A DNA stretch of 64,000 nt. It comes from Eledone cirrhosa (Eukaryota). This document shows, in pieces, positions 14,142-29,300 of this stretch. The position numbers were made by a program, and so were the translations under genes. Numbering within the stretch: position 1 is the first letter of the stretch; each line of letters begins with the position of its first letter. The stretch spans positions 430,280,001-430,344,000 of the forward strand of contig OZ024740.1 in NCBI GenBank assembly GCA_964016885.1, read 5' to 3'. Below the pieces are notes generated by a model. The model did not search any database. It saw nothing but the letters and a program-made list of their open reading frames with translations, and was not told the origin of the DNA.

Positions 14142-16130
14142 TTCTAAATATTGTTTAGAGGGTAACACTAACCCTAACATTCTAAATATTGTTTAGAGGG
14201 TAACACTAACCCTAACCCTCTAAATATGGTTTAGAGGGTAACACTGACCCTAACCTTCTAAATATTGTTTAGAGGGTAACACTAACCCTAACCTTCTACA
14301 TATTGTTTAGAGGGTAACACTAACCCTAACCCTCTAAATGTTGTTTAGAGGATAACACTAACCCTAACCCTCTAAATGTTGTTTAGAGGATAACACTAAC
14401 CCTAACCTTCTAAATGTTGTTTAGAGGGTAACACTAACCCTAACCCTCTAAATATTGTTTAGAGGGTAACACTAACCCTAACCTTCTAAATATTGTTTAG
14501 AGGGTAACACTAACCCTAACCTTCTAAATATTGTTTAGAGGGTAAAACTAACCCTAACCTTCTAAATATTGTTTAGAGAGTAACACTAACCCTAACCCTC
14601 TAAATATTGTTTAGAGGGTAACACTAAACCTAACCCTCTAAATGTTGTTTAGAGAGTAACACTAACCCTAACCCTTTAAATGTTGTTTAGAGGGTAACAC
14701 TAACCCTAACCCTCTAAATGTTGTTTAGAGGGTAACACTAACCCTAACCTTCTAAATATTGTTTAGAGGGTAACACTAACCCTAACCTTCTGAATATTGT
14801 TTAGAGAGTAACACTAACCCTAACCCTCTAAGTATTGTTTAGAGGGTAACACTAATCCTAACCCTCTAAATATTGTTTAGAGGGTAACACTAACCCTAAC
14901 CCTCTAAATATTGTTTAGAGAGTAACACTAACCCTAACCCTCAAAATATTGTTTAGAGGGTAACACTAACCCTAACCCTCTAAATCTTGTATAGAGGTTA
15001 ACACTAACCCTAAACTGCTAAATATTGTTTAGAGGGTAACACTAACCCTAACACTCTAAATAGTGTTTAGAGGGTAACACTAAGCCTAACCTTCTAAATA
15101 TTGTTTAGAGGGTAACACTAAGCCTAAACCTCTAAATGTTGTTTAGAGGGTAACACTAACCCTAACCCTCTAAATGTTGTTTAGAGTGTAACACTAACCC
15201 TATTCCTCTAAATATTGTTTGAGGGTAACACTAACCCTAACCTTCTAAATGTTGTTTAGAGGATAATACTAACCCTAACACTCTAAATATTGTTTTTTAG
15301 GGTAACACTAACCCTAACCTTCTAAATATTGTTTAGAGGATAACACTAACCCTAACCTTCTAAATATTGTTTAGAGGGTAACATTAACCCTAACCCTCTA
15401 AATATTGTTTAGAGGGTAACACTAAGCCCAACCTTCTAAATGTTGTTTAGAGGATAACACTAACCCTAACACTCTAAATATTGTTTTTTAGGGTAACACT
15501 AACCCTAACCTTCTAAATATTGTTTAGAGGATAACACTAACCCTAACCTTCTAAATATTGTTTAGAGGGTAACACTAACCCTAACCCTCTATATATTGTA
15601 TAGAGGGTAACACTAACCCTAACCTTCTAAATATTGTTTAGAGGGTAACACTAACCCTAACCTTCTAAATATTGTTTAGAGGGTAAAACTAACCCTAACC
15701 TTCCAAATATTGTTTAGAGAGTAACACTAACCCTAACCCTCTAAATATTGTTTAGAGGGTAACACTAAACCTAACCCTCTAAATGTTGTTTAGAGAGTAA
15801 CACTAACCCTAACCCTCTAAATGTTGTTTAGAGGATAACACTAACCCTAACCCTCTAAATGTTGTTTAGAGGGTAACACAAACCCTAACCTTCTAAATAT
15901 TGTTTACAGGGTAACACTAACCCTAACCTTCTAAATATTGTTTAGAGAGTAACACTAACCCTAACCCTCTAAGTATTGTTTAGAGGGTAACACTAATCCT
16001 AACCCTCTAAATATTGTTTAGAGGCTAACACTAACCCTAACCCTCTAAATATTATTTAGAGAGTAACTCTAACCCTAACCCTCTAAATCTTGTATAGAGG
16101 TTAACACTAAACCTAAACTTCTAAATATTG

Positions 16131-16509
16131 ATTTCTTTATTAGCCACAAGGGCGCAACAAGAAAGGGGACAATACAAAGACATGCCGGGGATTTTACATA
16201 CAGTCGTGCAAAAAATATAAAAACAGACAATTTTAACAATCGAAATCCCCAATAGGGGGGAGGCGCCATAAATGGGTTGTTTAATACCCCGTCGATAGAA
16301 CAACCCTCGACTCAAGGAGCGTGTTGTGCAAGTGCTCCTTTCTTCCTTTTGCTCTCTTCCTCAACCTACAGGCTTATAAACAGAGAAGGCCCAATCACTC
16401 GGGCCATTTTCGCTTCATTCACCCACCTTTCAGTAAATTTACTGGGGTGCAGTGCCTCTCTCTCCACCCTGATTCTCATTCTAAAGTGATACTTAAAGAA
16501 TGGAATCAA
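16131..16509 (-). mobile_element. 5'-truncated Tx1/L1-like retrotransposon, copy 3
   Basis: Same insert and TSD; three visible substitutions (AAACAGACAA, GCCATAAAT, CTCATTCT); offset 2368 bp from copy 2. Confidence 0.75.
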
Positions 16510-18651
16510 TTCTAAATATTGTTTAGAGGGTAACACTAACCCTAACATTCTAAATATTGTTTAGAGGGTAACACTAACCCTAACCCTCTAAATATGGTTT
16601 AGAGGGTAACACTAACCCTAACCTTCTAAATATTGTTTAGAGGGTAACACTAACCCTAACCTTCTACATATTGTTTAGAGGGTAACACTAACCCTAACCC
16701 TCTAAATGTTGTTTAGAGGATAACACTAACCCTAACCTTCTAAATGTTGTTCAGAGGGTAACACTAACCCTAACCCTCTAAATGTTGTTTAGAGGATAAC
16801 ACTAACCCTAACCTTCTAAATGTTGTTTAGAGGGTAACACTAACCCTAACCCTCTAAATATTGTTTAGAGGGTAACACTAACCCTAACCTTCTAAATATT
16901 GTTTAGAGGGTAACACTAACCCTAACCTTCTAAATATTGTTTAGAGGGTAAAACTAACCCTAACCTTCTAAATATTGTTTAGAGAGTAACACTAACCCTA
17001 ACCCTCTAAATATTGTTTAGAGGGTAACACTAAACCTAACCCTCTAAATGTTGTTTAGAGAGTAACACTAACCCTAACCCTTTAAATGTTGTTTAGAGGG
17101 TAACACTAACCCTAACCCTCTAAATGTTGTTTAGAGGGTAACACTAACCCTAACCTTCTAAATATTGTTTAGAGGGTAACACTAACCCTAACCTTCTGAA
17201 TATTGTTTAGAGAGTAACACTAACCCTAACCCTCTAAGTATTGTTTAGAGGGTAACACTAATCCTAACCCTCTAAATATTGTTTAGAGGGTAACACTAAC
17301 CCTAACCCTCTAAATATTGTTTAGAGAGTAACACTAACCCTAACCCTCTAAATATTGTTTAGAGGGTAACACTAACCCTAACCTTCTAAATATTGTTTAG
17401 AGGATAACACTAACCCTAACCTTCTAAATATTCGTTAGAGGGTAACACTAACCCTAACACTCTCAATATTGTTTAGAGGGTAACACTAACCCTAACCCTC
17501 TAAATATTGTTTAGAGTGTAACACTAACCCTAAACTTCTAAATGTTGTTTAGAGGATAACACTAACCCTAACACTCTAAATATTGTTTTTTAGGGTAACA
17601 ATAACCCTAACACTCTAAATATTGTTTAGAGGGTAACACTAACCCTAACCCTCTAAATATTGTTTAGAGGGTAACGCTAACCCTAACCCTCTAAATATTG
17701 TTTAGATGGTAACACTAACCCTAACCCTCTAAATATGGTTTAGAGGGTAACACTAACCCTAAACTTCTAAATATTGTTTAGAGGGTAACACTAACCCTAA
17801 CCTTCTAAATGTTGTTTAGAGGATAACACTAACCCTAACCCTCTAAATATTGTTTAGAGGGTAACACTAACCCTAACCCTCTAAATATTATTTAGAGATT
17901 AACACTAACCCTAACCCTCTAAATAAGGTTTAGAGGGTAACACTAACCCTAAACTTCTAAATATTGTTTAGAGGGTAACACTAACCCTAAACTTCTAAAT
18001 ATTGTTTAGAGGGTAACACTAACCCTAACCCTCTAAATGTTGTTTAGAGGATAACACTAACCCTAACCTTCTAAATGTTGTTCAGAGGGTAACACTAACC
18101 CTAAACCTCTAAATGTTGTTTAGAGGGTAACACTAACCCTAACCTTCTAAATATTGTTTAGAGGGTAACACTAAGCCTAAACCTCTAAATGTTGTTTAGA
18201 GGGTAACACTAACCCTAACCCTCTAAATGTTGTTTAGAGGGTAACACTAACCCTAACCCTCTAAATATTGTTTAGAGGGTAACACTAACCCTAACCTTCT
18301 AATTGTTGTTTAGAGGATAACACTAACGCTAACACTCTAAATATTGTTTTTTAGGGTAACACTAACCCTAACCTTCTAAATATTGTTTAGAGGATAACAC
18401 AAACCCTAACCTTCTAAATATTGTTTACAGGGTAACACTAACCCTAACCTTCTAAATATTGTTTAGAGAGTAACACTAACCCTAACCCTCTAAGTATTGT
18501 TTAGAGGGTAACACTAATCCTAACCCTCTAAATATTGTTTAGAGGCTAACACTAACCCTAACCCTCTAAATATTATTTAGAGAGTAACTCTAACCCTAAC
18601 CCTCTAAATCTTGTATAGAGGTTAACACTAAACCTAAACTTCTAAATATTG

Positions 18652-19030
18652 ATTTCTTTATTAGCCACAAGGGCGCAACAAGAAAGGGGACAATACAAAG
18701 ACATGCCGGGGATTTTACATACAGTCGTGCAAAAAATATAAAAACAAACAATTTTAACAATCAAAATCCCCAATAGGGGGGAGGCGCCACAAATGGGTTG
18801 TTTAATACCCCGTCGATAGAACAACCCTCGACTCAAGGAGCGTGTTGTGCAAGTGCTCCTTTCTTCCTTTTGCTCTCTTCCTCAACCTACAGGCTTATAA
18901 ACAGAGAAGGCCCAATCACTCGGGCCATTTTCGCTTCATTCACCCACCTTTCAGTAAATTTACTGGGGTGCAGTGCCTCTCTCTCCACCCTGATTCTCCT
19001 TCTAAAGTGATACTTAAAGAATGGAATCAA
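18652..19030 (-). mobile_element. 5'-truncated Tx1/L1-like retrotransposon, copy 4
   Basis: Same insert and TSD; one visible substitution (CAATCAAAATCCC); offset 2521 bp from copy 3. Confidence 0.75.
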
Positions 19031-22000
19031 TTCTAAATATTGTTTAGAGGGTAACACTAACCCTAACATTCTAAATATTGTTTAGAGGGTAACACTAACC
19101 CTAACCCTCTAAATATGGTTTAGAGGGTAACACTGACCCTAACCTTCTAAATATTGTTTAGAGGGTAACACTAACCCTAACCTTCTACATATTGTTTAGA
19201 GGGTAACACTAACCCTAACCCTCTAAATGTTGTTTAGAGGATAACACTAACCCTAACCTTCTAAATGTTGTTCAGAGGGTAACACTAACCCTAACCTTCT
19301 AAATATTGTTTAGAGGGTAACACTAACCCTAACCTTCTAAATATTGTTTAGAGGGTAACACTAACCCTAACCCTCTAAATGTTGTTTAGAGGATAACACT
19401 AACCCTAACCTTCTAAATGTTGTTCAGAGGGTAACACTAACCCTAACCCTCTAAATGTTGTTTAGAGGATAACACTAACCCTAACCTTCTAAATGTTGTT
19501 TAGAGGGTAACACTAACCCTAACCCTCTAAATATTGTTTAGAGGGTAACACTAACCCTAACCTTCTAAATATTGTTTAGAGGGTAACACTAACCCTAACC
19601 TTCTAAATATTGTTTAGAGGGTAAAACTAACCCTAACCTTCTAAATATTGTTTAGAGAGTAACACTAACCCTAACCCTCTAAATATTGTTTAGAGGGTAA
19701 CACTAAACCTAACCCTCTAAATGTTGTTTAGAGAGTAACACTAACCCTAACCCTTTAAATGTTGTTTAGAGGGTAACACTAACCCTAACCCTCTAAATGT
19801 TGTTTAGAGGGTAACACTAACCCTAACCTTCTAAATATTGTTTAGAGGGTAACACTAACCCTAACCTTCTGAATATTGTTTAGAGAGTAACACTAACCCT
19901 AACCCTCTAAGTATTGTTTAGAGGGTAACACTAATCCTAACCCTCTAAATATTGTTTAGAGGGTAACACTAACCCTAACCCTCTAAATATTGTTTAGAGA
20001 GTAACACTAACCCTAACCCTCAAAATATTGTTTAGAGGGTAACACTAACCCTAACCCTCTAAATCTTGTATAGAGGTTAACACTAACCCTAAACTGCTAA
20101 ATATTGTTTAGAGGGTAACACTAACCCTAACACTCTAAATAGTGTTTAGAGGGTAACACTAAGCCTAACCTTCTAAATATTGTTTAGAGGGTAACACTAA
20201 CCCTAACCTTCTAAATATTGTTTAGAGGATAACACTAACCCTAACCCTCTAAATATTGTTTAGAGGGTAACACTAACCCTAACCTTCTAAATGTTGTTTA
20301 GAGGATAACACTAACCCTAACCCTCTAAATATTGTTTAGAGGGTAACACTAACCCTAACCTTCTAAATATTGTTTAGAGGGTAACACTAACCCTAACCTT
20401 CTAAATGTTGTTTAGAGGGCAACACTAACCCTAAACTTCTAAATATTTTTTAGAGAGTAACACTAACCCTAACCATATAAATATTGTTTAGAGGGTAACA
20501 CTAACCCTAACCCTCTAAATATTGTTTAGAGTGTAACACTAACCCTAACCTTCTAAATATTCGTTAGAGGGTAACACTAACCCTAACACTCTCAATATTG
20601 TTTAGAGGGTAACACTAACCCTAACCCTCTAAATGTTGTTTAGAGTGTAACACTAACCCTAAACTTCTAAATGTTGTTTAGAGGATAACACTAACCCTAA
20701 CACTCTAAATATTGTTTTTTAGGGTAACAATAACCCTAACACTCTAAATATTGTTTAGAGGGTAACACTAACCCTAACCCTCTAAATATTGTTTAGAGGG
20801 TAACGCTAACCCTAACCCTCTAAATATTGTTTAGATGGTAACACTAACCCTAACCCTCTAAATATGGTTTAGAGGGTAACACTAACCCTAAACTTCTAAA
20901 TATTGTTTAGAGGGTAACACTAACCCTAACCTTCTAAATGTTGTTTAGAGGATAACACTAACCCTAACCCTCTAAATATTGTTTAGAGGGTAACACTAAC
21001 CCTAACCCTCTAAATATTGTTTAGAGATTAACACTAACCCTAACCCTCTAAATAAGGTTTAGAGGGTAACACTAACCCTAAACTTCTAAATATTGTTTAG
21101 AGGGTAACACTAACCCTAACCTTCTAAATATTGTTTAGAGGGTAACACTAACCCTAACCCTCTAAATGTTGTTTAGAGGATAACACTAACCCTAACCTTC
21201 TAAATGTTGTTCAGAGGGTAACACTAACCCTAAACCTCTAAATGTTGTTTAGAGGGTAACACTAACCCTAACCTTCTAAATATTGTTTAGAGGGTAACAC
21301 TAAGCCTAAACCTCTAAATGTTGTTTAGAGGGTAACACTAACCCTAACCCTCTAAATGTTGTTTAGAGGGTAACACTAACCCTAACCCTCTAAATATTGT
21401 TTAGAGGGTAACACTAACCCTAACCTTCTAATTGTTGTTTAGAGGATAACACTAACGCTAACACTCTAAATATTGTTTTTTAGGGTAACACTAACCCTAA
21501 CCTTCTAAATATTGTTTAGAGGATAACACTAAACCTAACCTTCTAAATATTGTTTAGAGGGTAACACTAACCCTAACCCTCTAAATATTGTTTAGAGGGT
21601 AACACTAACCCTAACCTTCTAAATATTGTTTAGAGGGTAAAACTAACCCTAACCTTCTAAATATTGTTTAGAGAGTAACACTAACCCTAACCCTCTAAAT
21701 ATTGTTTAGAGGGTAACACTAAACCTAACCCTCTAAATGTTGTTTAGAAAGTAACACTAACCCTAACCCTTTAAATGTTGTTTAGAGGGTAACACTAACC
21801 CTAACCCTCTAAATGTTGTTTAGAGGGTAACACTAACCCTTACCTTCTAAATATTGTTTAGAGGGTAACACTAACCCTAACCTTCTGAATATTGTTTAGA
21901 GAGTAACACTAACCCTAACCTCCTAAATGTAGTTCAGAGGGTAACACTAACCCTAACCCTCTAAATGTTGTTTAGAGGATAACACTAACCCTAAACTTTT

Positions 22001-23307
22001 AAATGTTGTTTAGAGGGTAACACTAACCCTAACCTTCAAAATATTGTTGAGAGGGTAACACTAAGCCTAAACCTCTAAATGTTGTTTAGAGGGTAACACT
22101 AACCCTAAACCTCTAAATGTTGTTTAGAGGGTAACACTAACACTATCCCTCTAAATATTATTTAGAGGGTAACACTAACCCTAACCTTCTAAATGTTGTT
22201 CAGAGGATAATACTAACCCTAACACTCTAAATATTGTTTTTTAGGGTAACACTAACCCTAACCTTCTAAATATTGTTTAGAGGATAACACTAACCCTAAT
22301 CTTCTAAATATTGTTTATAGGGTAACACTAACCCCAACCTTCTAAATATTGTTTAGAGGGTAACACTAATCCTAACACTCTAAATGTTGTTTAGAGTATA
22401 ACACTAACCCTAACCTTCTAAATATTGTTTAGAGAGTAACACTAACCCTAACCCTCTAAATATTGTTTAGAGGGTAACACTAATCCTAACCCTCTAAATA
22501 TTGTTTAGAGGATAACACTAACCCTAACCTTCTAAATATTGTTTAGAGTGTAACACTAACCCTAACCCTCTAAATATTGTTTAGAGGGCAACACTGACCC
22601 TAACCTTCTAAATATTTTTTAGAGAGTAACACTAACCCTAACCATCTAAATATTGTTTAGAGGGTAACACTAACCCTAACCTTCTAAATATTCTTTAGAG
22701 GGTAACACTAACCCTAACACTCTCAATGTTGTTTAGAGGGTAACACTAACCCTAACCCTCTAAATATTGTTTTGAGGGTAACACAAACCCTAACCTTCTA
22801 AATATTGTTTAGAGGGTAACACTAACCCTAACCCTCTAAATATTGTTTAGAGGGTAACACTAACCCTAACCCTCTAAATATTGTTTAGAGGGTAACACTA
22901 ACCCTAAACCTCTAAATATTGTTTAGAGGGTAACACTAACCCTAACCCTCTAAATATTGTTTAGAGGGTAACACTAACCCTAAACCTCTAAATATTGTTT
23001 AGAAGGTAACACTAACCCTAACCCTCTAAATATTGTTCAGAGGGTAACACTAACCCTAACCCTCTAAATATGGTTTAGAGGGTAATACTAACCCTAACCT
23101 TCTAAATATTGTTTAGAGGGTAACACTAAACCTAACCCTCTAAATGTTGTTTAGAGGGTAACACTAAACCTAACCTTCTAAATATTGTTTAGACGGTAAC
23201 ACTAAGCCTAACCCTCTACATGTTGTTTAGATGGTAACACTAACCCTAACCCTCAAAATGTTGTTTAGAGGGTAACACTAACCCTAACACTTTAAATATT
23301 GTTTTTT

Positions 23308-26300
23308 AGGGTAACACTAACCCTAACCTTCTAAATAATGTTTAGAGGATAACACTAACCCTAACCTTCTAAATATTGTTTAGAGGGTAACACTAACCCT
23401 AACCCTCTAAATATTGTTTAGAGGGTAACACTAACCCTAACCTTCTAAGTATTGTTTAGAGGGTAACACTAACCCTTACCCTCTAAATATTGTTTAGAGG
23501 GTAACTCTAACCCTAACCCTCTAAATATTGTTTAGAGGGTAACACTCACCCTAACCCTCTAAATATGGTTTAGAGGGTAACACTAACCCTAACCTTCTAA
23601 ATATTGTTTAGAGGGTAACACTAAGCCTAACCTTCTAAATATTGTTTAGAGGGTAACACTAACCCTAACACTCTAAATGTTGTTTAGAGGATAACACTAA
23701 CCCTAACCTTCTAAATATTGTTTAGAGCGTAACACTAACCCTAACCCTCTAAATATTGTTTAGAGGGTAACACTAATCCTAACCCTCTAAATATTGTTTA
23801 GAGGATAACACTAACCCTAACCTTCTAAATATTGTTTAGAGGGTAACACTAACCCTAACCTTCTAAATATTGTTTAGAGGGTTACAATAACACTAACCCT
23901 CTAAATATTGTTTAGAGGTTAACACTGACCCTAACCTTCTAAATTTTGTTTAGAGGATTACACTAACCCTAACCTTCTAAATGTTGTTTAGAGGATAACA
24001 CTAACCCTAACCCTCTAAATATTGTTTAGAGTGTAACACTAACCCTAACCCTCTAAATATTGTTTACAGGGTAACACTAACCCTAACCCTCTAAATATTG
24101 TTCATAGGGTAACACTAACCCTAACACTCTCAATGTTGTTTAGAGGGTAACACTAACCCTAACCTTGTAAATATTGTTTAGAGGGTAACACTAAACCTAA
24201 CACTCTAAATATTGTTTAGAGGGTAACACTAACCCTAACCCTCTAAATATTGTTTACAGGGTAACACTAACCCTAACCCTCTAAATATTGTTCAGAGGGT
24301 AACACTAACCCTAACACTCTCAATGTTGTTTAGAGGATAATACTAACACTAACCCTCTAAATATTGTTCAGAGGGTAACACTAACCCTAACACTCTCAAT
24401 GTTGTTTAGAGGGTAACACTAACCCTAACCCTCTAAATATTGTTTAGAGTGTAACACTAACCCTAACCTTCTAAATGTTGTTTAGAGGATAACACTAACC
24501 CTAACACTCTAAATATTGTTTTTTAGGGTAACACTAACCCTAACCTTCTAAATATTGTTTAGAGGGTAACACTAACCCTAACCCTCTAAATATTGTTTAG
24601 AGGGTAACACTAACCCTAACCGTCTAAATATTGTTTAGAGGATAACACTAACCCTAACATTCTAAATATTGTTTAGAGGGTAACACTAACCCTAACCCTT
24701 TAAATATTGTTTAGAGGGTAACACTAACCCTAACCCTCTAAATATTGTTTAGAGGGTAACACTAACCCTAACACTCTAAATATGGTTTAGAGGGTAACAC
24801 TAACCCTAATCTTCTAAATATTGTTTAGAGGGTAACACTAACCCTAACCCTCTAAATGTTGTTTAGAGGATAACACTAACCCTAACCTTCTAAATATTGT
24901 TTAGAGGGTAACACTAACCCTAACCCTCTAAATATTGTATAGAGGGTAACACTAACCCTAACCTTCTAAATGTTGTTTAGAGGATAACACTAACCCTAAC
25001 CTTCTAAATATTGTTTAGAGGGTAACACTAACCCTAACCTTCTAAATATTGTTTAGAGTATAACACTAACCCTAACCTTCTAAATATTGTTTAGAGGATA
25101 ACACTAACCCTAACCTTCTAAATATTGTTTAGAGGGTAACACTAACCCTAACCTTCTAAATATTGTTTAGAGGATAACACTAACCCTAACCCTCTAAATA
25201 TTGTTTAGAGGGTAACACTAACCCTAACCTTCTAAATATTGTTTAGAGGGTAACACTAACCCTAACCTTCTAAATATTGTTTAGAGGGTAACACTAACCC
25301 TAACCCTCTAAATATTGTTTCGAGGGTAACACTAACCCTAACCTTCTAAATATTGTTCAGAGGGTAACACTAACCCTAACCCTCTAAATATGGTTTAGAG
25401 GGTAACACAAACCCTAACCTTCTAAATATTGTTTAGAGGGTAACACAAACCCTAACCCTCTAAATATTGTTTAGAGGGTAAAACTAATCCTAACCCTCTA
25501 AATATTGTTTAGAGGGTAACACAAACCCTAACCCTCTAAATATTGTTTAGAGGGTAAAACTAACCCTAACCCTCTAAATATTGTTTAGAGGGTAACACTA
25601 ACCCTAACCCTCTAAATATTGTTTCGAGGGTAACACTAACCCTAACCTTCTAAATATTGTTCAGAGGGTAACACTAACCCTAACCCTCAAAATATGGTTT
25701 AGAGGGTAACACAAACCCTAACCTTCTAAATATTGTTTAGAGGGTAACACAAACCCTAACCCTCTAAATATTGTTTAGAGGGTAAAACTAACCCTAACCC
25801 TCTAAATATTGTTCAGAGGGTAACACTAACCCTAACACTCTAAATATTGTTTAGAGGGTAACACAAACCCTAACCTTCTAAATATTGTTTAGAGGGTAAC
25901 ACAAACCCTAACATTCTAAATATTGTTTAGAGGGTAAAACTAACCCTAACCCTCTAAATATTGTTTAGAGGGTAACACTAACCCTAACCCTCTAAATATT
26001 GTTTAGAGGGTAACACTAACCCTAACCCTCTAAATATTGTTCAGAGGGTAACACTAACCCTAACCCTCTAAATATGGTTTAGAGGGTAACACTAACCCTA
26101 ACCTTCTAAATATTGTTTAGAGGGTAACACTAAACCTAACCCTCTAAATGTTGTTTAGAGGGTAACACTAAACCTAACCTTCTAAATATTGTTTAGACGG
26201 AAACACTAACCCTAACCCTCTAAATATTGTTTAGAGGGTAACACTAACCCTAACCCTCTAAATATTGTTCAGAGGGTAACACTAACCCTAACCCTCTAAA

Positions 26301-29300
26301 TATGGTTTAGAGGGTAACACTAACCCTAACCTTCTAAATATTGTTTAGAGGGTAACACTAACCCTAACCCTCTAAATATTGTTCAGAGGGTAACACTAAC
26401 CCTAACCCTCTAAATATGGTTTAGAGGGTAACACTAACCCTAACGTTCTAAATATTGTTTAGAGGGTAACACTAACCCTAACCCTCTAAATGTTGTTTAG
26501 AGGGTAACACTAACCCTAACCATCTAAATATTGTTTAGAGAGTAACACTAACCCTAACCCTCTATATATTGTTAAGAGGGTAACACTAATCCTAACCCTC
26601 TAAATTTTGTTTAGAGGGTAACACTAACCCTAATCTTCTAAATGTTGTTTAGAGGGTAACACTAACCCTAACCTTCTAAATATTGTTTAGAGAGTAACAC
26701 TAACCCTAACCCTCTAAATATTGTTTAGAGGGTAACACTAATCCTAACCCTCTAAATATTGTTTAGAGCGAAACACTAACCCTAACCCTCTAAATATTGT
26801 TTAGAGAGTAACACTAACCCTAACCCTCAAAATATTGTTTAGAGGGTAACACTAACTCTAACCCTCTAAATCTTGTATAGAGGTTAACACTAACCCTAAA
26901 TTTCTAAATATTGTTTAGAGGGTAACAGTAACCCTAACCCTCTAAATATTGTTTAGAGTGTAACACTAACCCTAACACTCTAAATATTGTTTAGAGGGTA
27001 ACACTAACCCTAACCTTCTAAATATTGTTTAGAGGGTAAAACTACCCCTAACCTTCTAAATGTTGTTTAAAGGGTAACACTAACCCTGACCTTCTAATTG
27101 TTGTTTAGAGTATAACACTAACCCTAACCCTCTAAATATTGTTTAGAGGGTAACACTAACCCTAACATTCTAAATATTGTTTAGAGGGTAACACTAACCC
27201 TAACCTTCTAAATATTGTTTAGAGGGTAACACTAACCCAAACCCTCTAAATATTGCTTCGAGGGTAACACTAACCCTAACACTCTAAATATTGTTTAGAG
27301 GGTAACACAAACCCTAACCTTCTAAATATTGTTTAGAGGGTAACACTAACCCTAACCCTCTAAATATTGTTTAGAGGGTAACACTAACCCTAACCCTCTA
27401 AATATTGTTTAGAGGGTAACACTAACCCTAACCCTCTAAATATTGTTCAGAGGGTAACACTAACCCTAACCCTCTAAATATGGTTTAGAGGGTAACACTA
27501 ACCCTAACCTTCTAAATATTGTTTAGAGGGTAACACTAAACCTAACCCTCTAAATGTTGTTTAGAGGATAACACTAAACCTAACACTTTAAATATTGTTT
27601 TTTAGGGTAACACTAACCCTAAACTTCTAAATAATGTTTAGAGGATAACACTAACCCTAACCTTCTAAATATTGTTTAGAGGGTAACACTAACCCTAACC
27701 CTCTAAATATTGTTTAGAGGGTAACACTAACCCTAACCTTCTAAATATTGTTTAGAGGGTAACACTAACCCTCTCCCTCTAAATATTGTTTAGAGGGTAA
27801 CACTAACCCTAACCCTCTAAATATTGTTTAGAGGGTAACACTCACCCTAACCTTCTAAATATTGTTTAGAGGGTAACACAAACCCTAACCTTCTAAATAT
27901 TGTTTAGAGGGTAACACTAGCCCTAACCTTCTAAATATTGTTTAGAGGGTAACACTAACCCTAACACTCTAAATGTTGTTTAGAGGATAACACTAACCCT
28001 AACCTTCTAGATATTGTTTAGAGCGTAACACTAACCCTAACCCTCTAAATATTGTTTAGAGGGTAACACTAATCCTAACCCTCTAAATATTGTTTAGAGG
28101 ATAACACTAACCCTAAACTTCTAAATATTGTTTAGAGGGTAACACTAACCCTAACCTTCTAAATATTATTTAGAGGGTTACAATAACACTAACCCTCTAA
28201 ATATTGTTTAGAGGGTAACACTAACCCAAACTCTCTAAATCTTGTATAGAGGTTAACACTAACCCTAAACTTCTAAATATTGTTTAGAGGGTAACAGTAA
28301 CCCTAACCCTCTAAATATTGTTTAGAGGGTAACACTAACCCTAACCTTCTAAATAATGTTTAGAGGATAACACTAACCCTAACCTTCTAAATATTGTTTA
28401 GAGGGTAACACTAACCCTAACCCTCTAAATATTGTTTAGAGGGTAACACTAACCCTAACCTTCTAAGTATTGTTTAGAGGGTAACACTAACCCTTACCCT
28501 CTAAATATTGTTTAGAGGGTAACTCTAACCCTAACCCTCTAAATATTGTTTAGAGGGTAACACTCACCCTAGCCCTCTAAATATGGTTTAGAGGGTAACA
28601 CTAACCCTAACCTTCTAAATATTGTTTAGAGGGTAACACTAAGCCTAACCTTCTAAATATTGTTTAGAGGGTAACACTAACCCTAACACTCTAAATGTTG
28701 TTTAGAGGATAACACTAACCCTAACCTTCTAAATATTGTTTAGAGCGTAACACTAACCCTAACCCTCTAAATATTGTTTAGAGGGTAACACTAATCCTAA
28801 CCCTCTAAATATTGTTTAGAGGATAACACTAACCCTAACCTTCTAAATATTGTTTAGAGGGTAACACTAACCCTAACCTTCTAAATATTGTTTAGAGGGT
28901 TACAATAACACTAACCCTCTAAATATTGTTTAGAGGTTAACACTGACCCTAACCTTCTAAATTTTGTTTAGAGGATTACACTAACCCTAACCTTCTAAAT
29001 GTTGTTTAGAGGATAACACTAACCCTAACCCTCTAAATATTGTTTAGAGTGTAACACTAACCCTAACCCTCTAAATATTGTTTACAGGGTAACACTAACC
29101 CTAACCCTCTAAATATTGTTCATAGGGTAACACTAACCCTAACACTCTCAATGTTGTTTAGAGGGTAACACTAACCCTAACCTTGTAAATATTGTTTAGA
29201 GGGTAACACTAAACCTAACACTCTAAATATTGTTTAGAGGGTAACACTAACCCTAACCCTCTAAATATTGTTTACAGGGTAACACTAACCCTAAACCTCT

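Noticed and set aside
11186-19069. The 60-70 aa ORFs overlapping the four inserts as small genes
   Set aside because: They start or end in satellite or lie in the UTR/antisense of the retroelement fragment. Only the minus-strand 47-aa segment has a recognisable origin, and it lacks its own start.
3440-24640. Mirror-image variants in the two hairpin arms (ACGCTCT/AGAGCGT, CCGTCT/AGACGG, CCATCT/AGATGG) as compensatory evolution
   Set aside because: In the cases I checked they sit in different monomers, and with ~950 copies of a 10-bp arm such pairs are expected by chance. A covariation count would be needed.
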